From: a virus
Virus record (IMG/VR): IMGVR_UViG_3300030331_006276
Length of the DNA stretch: 64,000 nucleotides
Strand: one strand, 5' to 3'
The first letter of the stretch is position 1; every line of letters begins with the position of its first letter. Shown here piece by piece: positions 33,501 to 40,404 of the stretch. The position numbers were made by a program, and so were the translations under genes. The notes under the pieces are model-generated. The model did not search any database, was not told the origin of the DNA, and saw only the letters and a list, made by a program, of their open reading frames with translations.

Positions 33501-36500
33501 ATGGTGACTGACTATTTGTCGACCAGACTTCTAATCTAGATCCATCCAAAGTTCCATCTGCTTCACCGACTAGTAAATTACAATATACATTTGCAGTTGT
33601 AGAGTCGACTTCAATAATATCATTTGTACCAAGAGTCGCGGCTCTACTTATCTTAAAATTATTAGAAGCATCGTCATCAATACCCATGGAGTAATCAGAT
33701 CCACTATCTAATTTAAAATGAAGAAAAGGATCTCCATTACCATTATCAGATTCTATTCTCAATTGAGACTCGCTAGAATTACTACTAACATGAAGAAGGC
33801 TTTCCGGTCTATTTGTCCCGATACCTACATTACAATCAAAATAACCGGCGCCTTCTGTAGCGCTAAGACCACCGCAAGCACTTATGTTACCAGCTACAGT
33901 AAGTTTTTGTCCTGGTGATGAAGTACCGATACCAACTTTATCTGCTGAACCATCAACAAACAATGCATGTGTATCTCCATCTCCTTCAACTCTAAAGTCA
34001 TTTGCATTACCTGGTTGATTAATAATTACACCCGTAGTATCAGCTCTTATAGCCTCTTCACCACCAACACATGTTATTATAAGGTCATCAGAAAATGCTA
34101 TCCTGGTATCAGTATCACCTGTATGGAAAATGCTACCACCTACGCATATACTATCACAAAAGTTTTTAGTACCACCTATAGTTTGCGCACCAGTAGTTCT
34201 TACAACAGTAGAATCAACACATACACATGCACAACCTGTACCATTATTAACTGTAATACCATCACAACCTACAACTTCGGTAACAGTACCTGGATTACTT
34301 GTAGTACAAAATATATCTGCTAAATCGCGGCCGGCTGATACTATACCTCTTGTAGTGTCAGTTGTATGTAAGCTAGTACTGCTTAAAGAACCACTAGCGC
34401 ATATGTTTTGTGATGAGTCAATAGTTAGTGCATTAGTACCATTAGTAGTAAATCCTAAACAATTAGCTCCAACTCTAAACATGCCAGTATCAGTATCATC
34501 ACTAAAGGTATACGATGGTGCAGCTGCACTTCCATTTCTATTGAAAATACCAGTGCCAGCATAAATCTTTAATCCTGTTGATTGAAAGTTGGCGATCCAA
34601 CTCCCCCCTATGGCGACATTCAACTCCCCTGCTGTCCTGTTAAATAAGCCAGTGTCTGTGTCAGAAGAGAAGGTGAGCGACGGGCTACCTGCACTGCCAG
34701 CTGGTATAGTTAAAATATTACCTACACACACATTACCAGTTGTGTGTAAACTAGCACCGCTTAAAGACCCACATGCGCTTATGTTACCAGCAACAGTAAG
34801 TTTTTCGTTTGGATTATTCGTTCCTATACCAACGTCACCAGCTATTTGCAACGATCCTCCTCCTGTATTTACGGCGTTAAAGTCGTAGCCAATACCTAAT
34901 TTACCATTGGAAGGGTTAATGAAATTGACGGCATTTGTGTTAGCATTAAGAAGGATTTTTGAACTCCCACGCTCATATAACCTAAGCGCTCCATCTTCAG
35001 TGCTTTCAACGGAAAGTTTTGCTGCTAATCTATCGCTCCCGTCATAAAGAGCTAATGCTTTGCTGTCACCTTTCAGTGTTAACAAATCTGGTGGGCTAGT
35101 GCACCCTATACCAACATTACACGAAAAAAGAACATTTCCGTTAGTAGCGCTAAGACCACCATTAGCACTTACGCTTCCAGCTACAGTTAGTTGCGTACTG
35201 CTTTGACAAGCTATGCTGTTACCAATTGTATCTGTATCAGACCAAACTGGTATAAAGTTAGCTGTACCGGTACCATCAACATTACCTGAACTAGTTGCAA
35301 AGATATCAGCTAGATCTCTTCCAGCAGAAACAAAACCTCCATTGGTAGAGTTAGCACTAACAGAACAAGCTTGAACTGCATTACAAGCGCTTATGTTACC
35401 AGCTACTGTAAGCTTTTTATTTGGCGCTGTAGTACCTATACCAACTTTACCGGATGATGGCATTAGTACATTATAGGTTAATTGATTAACTCTAAATAAA
35501 TGAGTACCGTTACCTGCTTCTACTCTTAATCCATCAAAATTACCACTTGAACCACCACCACAAAATACTGCTAAATCTCTATCAATTGTTTTAAGAGCCG
35601 ATACTTGCAAATATGATGACGGTCGGTTTGTGTTAATTCCAACGTTACAAGCGAAAAAATTAGGAGCTTTTGTTGCGCTGAGGCCACCGCACGCACTTAT
35701 GTTACCAGAAACAGTAAGTTTTTGTCCTGGGCTCGTACTACCTATACCTACATTACCATCTCCATTGAAGAACATCTCTCTACGACCATCGGTAGAGTTA
35801 AAAATAGTTAAGCCACCACCTAGATTTCTAAATTCGTATGTATCATCCCCAGCTCTTTGTAAAACAAAACCGTATTGAGTTCCCGAGCCTTCTACTTTTA
35901 CACTACCATCTTTTACATGTAATGATGTAGTTGGACCAGTAGTACCTATACCAACATTGCATGCAAAGAAATTTTTTGCTTCTGAAGCACTAAGGCCACC
36001 GCATGCACTAATATTACCTTTTACAGTAACATTGCTATTAAATGTAGCAGCTCCGCAATTAGACATATCAAGTCTTAAAGCTTCAAAATTTCCAGAAGAA
36101 GCACCACAAAAGACCATGTCCTTATTATTAGATTTGGCATGTATTATTAAATTACAACTATTATTTGTAATTCTTCCATACTCAACACCATTATCTTTAA
36201 GTTTAATATTTCCGCCATCGCCATCGAGAATAATATCACCACCTGCATCTATAGTTAAATCACCTCCGTCAGATATGGTTGAATCATTTAGAGTTATATC
36301 ATCTACTGTTAAAGAACATAAAGTACCTAATGATGTTACACAGGGTTGTGCAGCAGTTTGTAATGTGCCAGTGATATTTGTACCAATAATATTTGTACCT
36401 TGAATATCACCACAAGCAGATATATCACCAACAACAGTAAGTTTTTCATTTGGTGTTGCAGTGCCAATACCAATATTGCCTCCATCAGTTATAGCAATAA

Positions 36501-37968
36501 AGCCTCTTTCAATTAATCCGGTATTTAAATAATGACCAAACTTAGCTACATTATTACTTCTATCAAATCTTATAGCAGCATATCTAAAGTTACCATCAAT
36601 TGCTGAAACACCAGCAAGGGAGTATCTATCATTTCCATCTGTGCTAAATGACAGAATATTTCCTACTGCCTGAAGTTGTGCAATACTGGACGGACTCGTT
36701 GTACCAATACCGACTTTACCATTTATAGTAATGCCTGTATCAATAGCTGATATTACACTATCACCTAAAGTATCCGTATCATTCCATTGTGATATCTTAA
36801 ACTTTGTACCCGACCCATCAACATTACCTGAGCTTGTAGCAAAGATGTCTGCTAAATCTCTTCCAGCGGAAACAAAACCATTGTGTGTTGATCTAGCACT
36901 AAGACCATCGAAAGCAGTAATACCGCGAGATGTAGTTATATTATTAGAAAATGTTTTAATACCACCTATAGTTTGTGTACCAGTAGTTCGAACTACAGAA
37001 CTATTAACACCAACGGTATTTGCATTTACAGTTATACCGTCACCAAAACCAACACCAAGGGAAACATCACCTGTACTTCCTCCTCCAGTTAACCCCGGTC
37101 CAGCAGTAACGCTAGTTATATCACCAATATTAGTTGTAAATATATCTGCAAGATCTCGACCAGCTGAAACAATACCATTATTTGTTGATGTTGCACTTAT
37201 TGAATTACCTACTAAAGTATTACTGCAAACTGAAGTTGTACCACATATAGCAGGGCTACAAACTGAAGTTGTACCGCATATAGCAGGACCACAAATTGCA
37301 GTTGTACCACATATAGCAGGACTACAAACTGAAGTTGTACCACATATAGCTGGACTACAAATTGCAACACTTGCGCTTAAAGACCCTGTGGTTCTAGTCA
37401 TATTAGAACCACCACTTAGTAAACTATCAGTTAGAACTGTAGATCCTGACCATGCTGGTATAAAGTTTGTAGTACCTGATCCACATACACTTCCAGAGGA
37501 AGCAGTAGTTACAAATATATCTGCAAGATCTCGACCAGCTGAAACAATACCATTATTTGTTGATGTGGCACTTAATGATAGACCTTTAATAAAACCTGTA
37601 GAACTTACATTACCAGCAATAGTAAGCTTTTCATTTGGTAATGCAGTATTAATACCTAAATTACCACTATCTGCAAAATTTATTACTCCCCCCTCTTGAT
37701 CAACAAATTCTGCGATAGGTTGATTTGCACCTTTTTGTCTTACATATAAAGCTGGTCCAGTACCATTATTAATAACTGACAGAGCAGAAGTCGACGTTAC
37801 AATAGTTTTCGTAAATGTGGCAGATGTTGCTTCAAACTCTGTTGCAGTTAATTTAGTAAACGTTGCGTTAGTACCAGTAAGAGCATTCAAGAAAGCATTA
37901 CCACCCACAGACAAATCCTGTGTGATAGTTGCACCATTCTTTACCTTAAAATCTTTGTTTAATGCCAT
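24538..37968 (-). CDS. Giant Cys-rich tail fibre/adhesin (4476 aa) with putative autocleaving C-terminal chaperone
   Basis: MALNKDFKVKNG start; many GNVGIGT motifs; 7x SAGRDLADIF; about 4.7 kb of 17-aa repeats. C-terminal GGYFEE...IGDYITTSSKPGHG resembles peptidase-G2-type chaperones. Confidence 0.8.
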   Translation of the reverse strand: MALNKDFKVKNGATITQDLSVGGNAFLNALTGTNATFTKLTATEFEATSATFTKTIVTSTSALSVINNGTGPALYVRQKGANQPIAEFVDQEGGVINFADSGNLGINTALPNEKLTIAGNVSSTGFIKGLSLSATSTNNGIVSAGRDLADIFVTTASSGSVCGSGTTNFIPAWSGSTVLTDSLLSGGSNMTRTTGSLSASVAICSPAICGTTSVCSPAICGTTAICGPAICGTTSVCSPAICGTTSVCSNTLVGNSISATSTNNGIVSAGRDLADIFTTNIGDITSVTAGPGLTGGGSTGDVSLGVGFGDGITVNANTVGVNSSVVRTTGTQTIGGIKTFSNNITTSRGITAFDGLSARSTHNGFVSAGRDLADIFATSSGNVDGSGTKFKISQWNDTDTLGDSVISAIDTGITINGKVGIGTTSPSSIAQLQAVGNILSFSTDGNDRYSLAGVSAIDGNFRYAAIRFDRSNNVAKFGHYLNTGLIERGFIAITDGGNIGIGTATPNEKLTVVGDISACGDIQGTNIIGTNITGTLQTAAQPCVTSLGTLCSLTVDDITLNDSTISDGGDLTIDAGGDIILDGDGGNIKLKDNGVEYGRITNNSCNLIIHAKSNNKDMVFCGASSGNFEALRLDMSNCGAATFNSNVTVKGNISACGGLSASEAKNFFACNVGIGTTGPTTSLHVKDGSVKVEGSGTQYGFVLQRAGDDTYEFRNLGGGLTIFNSTDGRREMFFNGDGNVGIGSTSPGQKLTVSGNISACGGLSATKAPNFFACNVGINTNRPSSYLQVSALKTIDRDLAVFCGGGSSGNFDGLRVEAGNGTHLFRVNQLTYNVLMPSSGKVGIGTTAPNKKLTVAGNISACNAVQACSVSANSTNGGFVSAGRDLADIFATSSGNVDGTGTANFIPVWSDTDTIGNSIACQSSTQLTVAGSVSANGGLSATNGNVLFSCNVGIGCTSPPDLLTLKGDSKALALYDGSDRLAAKLSVESTEDGALRLYERGSSKILLNANTNAVNFINPSNGKLGIGYDFNAVNTGGGSLQIAGDVGIGTNNPNEKLTVAGNISACGSLSGASLHTTGNVCVGNILTIPAGSAGSPSLTFSSDTDTGLFNRTAGELNVAIGGSWIANFQSTGLKIYAGTGIFNRNGSAAAPSYTFSDDTDTGMFRVGANCLGFTTNGTNALTIDSSQNICASGSLSSTSLHTTDTTRGIVSAGRDLADIFCTTSNPGTVTEVVGCDGITVNNGTGCACVCVDSTVVRTTGAQTIGGTKNFCDSICVGGSIFHTGDTDTRIAFSDDLIITCVGGEEAIRADTTGVIINQPGNANDFRVEGDGDTHALFVDGSADKVGIGTSSPGQKLTVAGNISACGGLSATEGAGYFDCNVGIGTNRPESLLHVSSNSSESQLRIESDNGNGDPFLHFKLDSGSDYSMGIDDDASNNFKISRAATLGTNDIIEVDSTTANVYCNLLVGEADGTLDGSRLEVWSTNSQSPFSITNTDNSNRKVLDSAFNSNHPRFSIFNASAVETIRLETNGVSYFNGGNVGIGNTAPGQKLTVAGNISACGGLSATNGVGYFACNVGIGTTSPSKPLDVIGDIKSSASLVGNAAVVNQVTAGTAGGSILFKNNSGTNRAIITDAGDTGIGTTSPQARLQVNVANQGKFAFAIGNDSYTGGNPRHELLMLNNGSLQWYMPDDGSTPGKIEFYSRDNSDFFFTLDSDTSNVGIGNQSPTEKLTVDGNICASGALSGASLHTTDTTRGIVSAGRDLADIFCTTSNVGTVTDVVGCDGITVNNGTGCACVCVDSTVVRTSGTQCIAGAKTFSDDICVANKIIHDGDSNTFIQLANDIAVVSTGGEEHIRACNGGIIINDNGNPNDFRVEGDADTHALFVDGSADKVGIGTSAPGEKLTVSGNISANGGLSATGSAFNYFNGRVGIGTVAPEAPLHVNSTGGTLAQFHRSGTQLVTIGGSSNQGQIRFQQGSDCISTGATTGGDYRIDTGGSVGAGDNMFYVCKGGNVGIGTTTPNEKLTVAGNISANGGLSATNGNVLFTCNVAIDGGCIIGDTSTPNIKLTNAGGVEFNYGTSKLINGGSLVWQGGGVEKFRIQAAGNVGIGTSAPGDKLTVSGNISANGDICLIDGSTVRLPEGCIDMSHESTPSQCSTITSVDGNKLKLDSSFCAEVAASSQICLNAPQVIVSGSKSGGNGLAIISSATPIANNTTLHIGDSFTDCIGFTGRARNATQFFVNRDISSGAADLICFQENGTNRFVINCAGNVGIGTSSPATELHVAGDSLVTGDSTIYGNLSVTGDFTCVETTVSTTSALSVTNTGTGPALFVKQGGTQPIAHFIDSNGDDIVFADDGAIGIGTDSPSTKLEISQGADDNALKINGFDDKSGENAQLYVRNTGNTRLDATRSINIRSGDSYGGGIGSGSTSGLTFDAFNQFTFTAESPARIPLSIVGASSQTGDLFNISDDSGDDGNLLTVLSGGFVGIGATAPTAKLHLSGSMGGGIDGADKTGIRLSNRPNGETWRIASGSGGVNHSHFTIAKPGSFPALTITSSNNVGIGVNTPTEELEVCGNICASGALSGASLHITDTTRGIVSAGRDLADIFCTTSNVGTVTDVVGCDGITVNNGTGCACVCVDSTVVRTTGSQTIDGNKTFTQPAVFCNTMAMANCLMHVGDLDTSLRFDTDTIQLCTGNEERLIANNSGVVINDVGASNDFRVEGNTDTHLLFVDGSEETVGIGTSAPGVKFTVNGALSSKGICSDKGCNVSIGTCAFSSNTSGCRNVAVGCDALKCNTTACGNVAVGFFALFSNTCGGCNVALGRQAMQNNISGCFNFAGGAEALMCNTTGGDNIGINRSALCSNTTGSQNIAMGRLTMRLNTEGSHNIALGGGAMHNNICGGCNIAMGRNTMCNAVSGCHNTALGCSSLRNNYGGCFNVGVGDHTLCLNRIGSSNVAVGQQALKSNTTGGHNVAIGRLAMACNDTGCDNIALGSSSMINGTEGTCNIGIGITTLQNNEGDFNTAIGPEALLSNTTAGGNVAIGRMTLRGNTTGSCNIALGHIALCANTTGGCNIAMGRNTLSTNTSGSHNIGFGFTTLGGSGSCNVAIGHCVMALNHCRSGSVGIGPNVMRNTTTGSSNVGIGNQALFCNTTGSCNIGIGDCAGRGVNATGCENIALGSNTLENFSSGCHNTALGQRALFKNTTGSYNIGIGQNALCQNQTGGCNTALGLCSQQNQTGGSHNFSVGYRSMRDATGGSNNVALGSNAVCLNTTGTDNTGIGSNALAGNKTGTDNVALGNQSLYLANSGTNNFAAGKCSLYSNFGGCHNTAIGLGALFGNTTGCENIAIGCCNLKSNTTGCYNNAIGKFALWTNTTGCNNNSLGRSALFGNTTGDSNNAIGLQALYCNTTGSCNNAMGYQALCGNTTGSNNIALGYQAIYSSLSGVNNFAAGKCSLYSNFGGCFNAAIGCKALAGNTTGKCNIAIGAEALCSNTTGCDNTAFGKSALESSTTGSGNIAIGKSSLKENTTGNCNVGLGALTLTANICGSCNIAIGKETLKSNTCGFCNVALGGFALFCNTNGCDNVSIGQCALFSQEVACYNIAIGTKALKSLTCGCCNIAIGQEALCCNTTAKGNVGIGRSALRNNTTGKCNVALGSCTLCCNSTGSHNFAAGASALCSNDDSSGNTAIGCQALLNNTTGNFNIGIGNHALCCNTTAQCNIAMGPCSLRNNSSGSSNVALGVMTLCNNCCGNNNIALGPSAMRCATCSSNNVALGSEVLCHVSTGAHNYGIGQNALRSNTTGSQNFAVGASALICNTTGSNNVAIGVNALKDNTCGNLNTAIGCLTLFKNTEGCNNTAIGAFALCNNTTGCCNVSIGSNTMTSNTTGTRNVAIGAQILTSNTTGSCNVALGMQSLLCNVDGTHNFAAGNVTLFKNVSGSNNFAAGNVAGCGIIGGCHNFAVGSNTLQCNKYGNGNIAAGFIAGQKITGNHNIAFGQQSLQNVTTANSNIGIGCLTLFGCSDGATGGCNVSVGLGGLCSLTTGCCNIAIGCFPLACNSSGCSNIGIGTFALFGNTSGYRNVAIGDNSLRCNTEGEYNVALGYLGLTCNTTGGCNVAVGKEVMKCNDTGHSNVALGHCTMFFNVSGDHNIAIGSNAIKTGTRGCCQIALGQDALNKSCGNFNIAFGSQALKNNTTGTNNFAAGICALTDNSTGNQNIALGNIALFNNTSGISNIAIGGSEALRCNTTGNYNIALGAAAMAGNTCGCCSLALGLNAGRCTASSVVTEACNSIALGTRSRFCTTTPTNEIVIGVDACGIGDNTVTLGNDCITTTALKGCVGIGTTSPGEKLTVTGNISASGNGIFACVIAGGYFEEKAANKKLANYETGSLVSIGDDGELTLSTVENDRRVFGVAQKGACQPIVLGAEPVLITGEVSIGDYITTSSKPGHGKKAEYTLHGTVIAQAMEAGCGSSHVVKAMIRKM
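37138..37566. repeat. 54-bp perfect direct repeats (37138-37191, 37513-37566) flanking a tandem array
   Basis: Both copies read AAATATATCTGCAAGATCTCGACCAGCTGAAACAATACCATTATTTGTTGATGT; spacing 375 bp. Confidence 0.85.
37225..37356. repeat. 4 x 33-bp tandem repeat encoding (S/G)PAICGTT(S/A)(V/I)C
   Basis: Units at 37225, 37258, 37291 and 37324, read directly. Confidence 0.9.
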
Positions 37969-37970
37969 AT

Positions 37971-37994
37971 CTACGAGTTCACTTTCCCCCGTAA
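37971..37994 (-). promoter_or_regulatory. Hairpin with purine-rich loop in the leader of the 4476-aa fibre gene
   Basis: Minus strand UUACGGG-GGAAAGUGAA-CUCGUAG ends 2 nt before the ATG. TAAATA at 38003-37998. Confidence 0.5.
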
Positions 37995-38017
37995 ATATAT
38001 TTATGTTGCGTTATGAT

Positions 38018-38701
38018 TTAATAATGCGCAACACCATATATTGTTACAGTACAATTGGCTGTTGTTGTAATAACAAGATCTATTGTTGAAGAAATAGCTG
38101 TTGTTACTTCAGAAAGAAGAGATGTAGCTTGCGCATCCACTATACCATACGTCGTACCATCAGCTACACTTGCTCCATCATGTGTTACTAATATTTCAAA
38201 AGCTGTTCGCGCAGGTGTATTATTTGAAAGAGTAACTATGTATTTAGCAGTTTTAAAATCTGTTTTATTAAATGTATTTACAGTATTGACTCCAGTAGAT
38301 AAAGGACCTGTAAATACACTTGTCTTTGAAAAAACAATATTATTTGCTGCATATTCAATAATATCCCCCCTTACAATTAAATCACCACTAACTTCATTAT
38401 TATTAAAGGTAAAATCTTCCCCTGCGGTCATTTCATCCCACGTTGCATTACCGTCTCCTGTCGTCTTTAAAAAAAGACCTGCGGGCTGATTACTTGATTT
38501 TATATCAACACCCTCAACATGAACTTGCGAACTTGATAGTATATTACCGTTCCAAGAACCAAAGTAATCAACTGCAGAAACACTACCAGATAAAACACTT
38601 ATATTACCGGCTACAGTTAGTTTTTCGTCAGGAATAATTCCTAAACCAACATTACCTTCAAAATAACTTCTTCCGTCGTATGTTCTTATGGGCTTAGCCA
38701 T
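38018..38701 (-). CDS. Short tail-fibre-associated protein
   Basis: GNVGLGIIPDEKLTVAGNIS fibre motif; FKTAKYIV...FEILVTHDG...TTYG module. TAAATA upstream. Confidence 0.6.
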   Translation of the reverse strand: MAKPIRTYDGRSYFEGNVGLGIIPDEKLTVAGNISVLSGSVSAVDYFGSWNGNILSSSQVHVEGVDIKSSNQPAGLFLKTTGDGNATWDEMTAGEDFTFNNNEVSGDLIVRGDIIEYAANNIVFSKTSVFTGPLSTGVNTVNTFNKTDFKTAKYIVTLSNNTPARTAFEILVTHDGASVADGTTYGIVDAQATSLLSEVTTAISSTIDLVITTTANCTVTIYGVAHY

Positions 38702-39477
38702 TAAACATATTTAATCGGTATGCCTGATCTCTCAACAAATCCTCGTTGTTTGATATATGATGAGCTTGAAACTGCTAGATCGGCGCGTTTATCAGCAATA
38801 GGTCCAACTCGTGGCATATTTGGATTACCGTAAAAATGATAAACATACAATATATCACTAATATGTTTAACAGCAGAATAATCACCATCTCTTTGTCTTA
38901 GTTTATATAATAATGGTAAAATATAAGCGTGGTCAGTTCCCATTTGAAACCATTTATTATCATGATCTAAAAAATTAGCTTTAGGAATTGATAAAAGAGC
39001 TTTTACTTTAAAGGTTGACATATGGCTAGTAATCCAATCATCTTTATATGGATCCCAATCTTTTGAAGGTATAGATTTCGAAATACCAGGTTTATCATCA
39101 CTAGATAATCTATAGTTTGAATAAACGTATTCTAATTTTGGATTTTCATCATATGTCTTTTTTACAATAGATAGAGCGTCTTTTTTAGCTAACCAATCAT
39201 CACTATCAACTGCGCAAATAATATCTTCCGGATCTTTACTACAAGCATGATCAACAATATTTTTTAATCTATAATTTCGTGTTTCATTTTGAATTATTTT
39301 AATATATGAATTGCGATCTTTACACTTGTTTAATATATCTACAGTTTCTTGATCCGACATATCATCAACGATTATATGACTATCAGGTTGTAGCGTTTGT
39401 CTTTCAACGCTATCGATACAATTTAGAAGAAATGGACCGGGATTTCTCCCTGGAGATATAACATGTATCTTACTCAT
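38701..39477 (-). CDS. Glycosyltransferase family 2
   Basis: CIDSVERQT...IIVDDMSD...CAVDSDDW (DxD). Confidence 0.8.
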   Translation of the reverse strand: MSKIHVISPGRNPGPFLLNCIDSVERQTLQPDSHIIVDDMSDQETVDILNKCKDRNSYIKIIQNETRNYRLKNIVDHACSKDPEDIICAVDSDDWLAKKDALSIVKKTYDENPKLEYVYSNYRLSSDDKPGISKSIPSKDWDPYKDDWITSHMSTFKVKALLSIPKANFLDHDNKWFQMGTDHAYILPLLYKLRQRDGDYSAVKHISDILYVYHFYGNPNMPRVGPIADKRADLAVSSSSYIKQRGFVERSGIPIKYV

Positions 39478-40403
39478 TATTGTTTAGGAGTCTTAATATG
39501 AGGTACATCAACCATACTTAAAGTATGATGCATAAGTCTTTCATGTGATACTCTTTCAGGGTTAATATCAAGACCACCTCTACGAGCATATAGACAACGA
39601 ACAGCTAATTCATCAGGACTAATTGTATCCATAAGCCTTTTATAAATAGCTTCACAAATTTCTTCATGAAAATGACATTCATCTCTAAATGAAACGATAT
39701 ATTGCAATAACGAGATAGGATCAACAGTATTTTTACCTTTCATATAGATATAAACATCACCCCAATCAGGTTGCGAAGTTACCCTACAGTTTGACTTTAG
39801 CAATGAACTATGATAATAAACCTCTTCAGAAGGTGCATCTTCAATCTCTACTAGTAAATCAGGATCTTCTTGATATACAGAAAACTCAATATCTTCTACA
39901 GGATAATCATCTTCAAGAGTAATATACTTAGGGTGATTCCATTCTGCCTTAGCAGAAAAAATATTCGTATCACTAAGAACGTATTCGTTAGAATGAACTT
40001 TAACTTGAACTTCTGTTTCTAGATATTTACTTAAATCACTAGCAGCGCGCTTACTAATTTCTTGTCTAACTTCTTCAGCAGTATCGCCAAGTTTAGTCAT
40101 ATTAAAAGAGTTAAAATATAACTTAATAGATTTAGACTCAACAATATATTTACTAGAGCAAGGATAAACGCATTTAGCAACTCCTGTTACAGGAAGACCG
40201 TGATTAGTTAAAGCAGATACTTCATACGCATTCCAAGTATCATAACCTAAGAAAGGTAGTTGATCGTCATCAATATTAAGATGAGTTCTATTAGACTGAC
40301 GAGGCTCTCTAACTAAGAGTTTAGGATCGTAAGTAGATTTATATTTAGAAATAGCACCTAGATGCTTACTAATATTACTATTATCAAGAATTGCGTTAGC
40401 CAT
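39477..40403 (-). CDS. queF: NADPH-dependent 7-cyano-7-deazaguanine reductase (bimodular QueF)
   Basis: QueF motif VESKSIKLYFNSFN; catalytic SNCRVTSQPDWG; FHEEICE; YARRGGLDINP. Start adjusted to MANAILD. Confidence 0.92.
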   Translation of the reverse strand: MANAILDNSNISKHLGAISKYKSTYDPKLLVREPRQSNRTHLNIDDDQLPFLGYDTWNAYEVSALTNHGLPVTGVAKCVYPCSSKYIVESKSIKLYFNSFNMTKLGDTAEEVRQEISKRAASDLSKYLETEVQVKVHSNEYVLSDTNIFSAKAEWNHPKYITLEDDYPVEDIEFSVYQEDPDLLVEIEDAPSEEVYYHSSLLKSNCRVTSQPDWGDVYIYMKGKNTVDPISLLQYIVSFRDECHFHEEICEAIYKRLMDTISPDELAVRCLYARRGGLDINPERVSHERLMHHTLSMVDVPHIKTPKQ

Positions 40404-40404
40404 A

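Noticed and set aside
30030-34400. Diversity-generating retroelement TR/VR pair among the repeated fibre modules
   Set aside because: No reverse transcriptase in the window, and the copies differ mainly at synonymous third positions, not specifically at adenines.
17478-37968. Genome-wide reassignment of TGT/TGC to explain the Cys excess
   Set aside because: Catalytic Cys positions elsewhere use these codons (QueF SNC is TGT; the RNR, UGD and CxxCH motifs are intact), and other genes have normal Cys levels. Only MS could exclude gene-specific recoding.
18409-38489. Numerous plus-strand ORFs (up to 322 aa) opposite the fibre genes
   Set aside because: Their P/V/L/A periodicity is the reverse complement of the NTTG/AIG repeats, which lack antisense stops; no independent coding signal.
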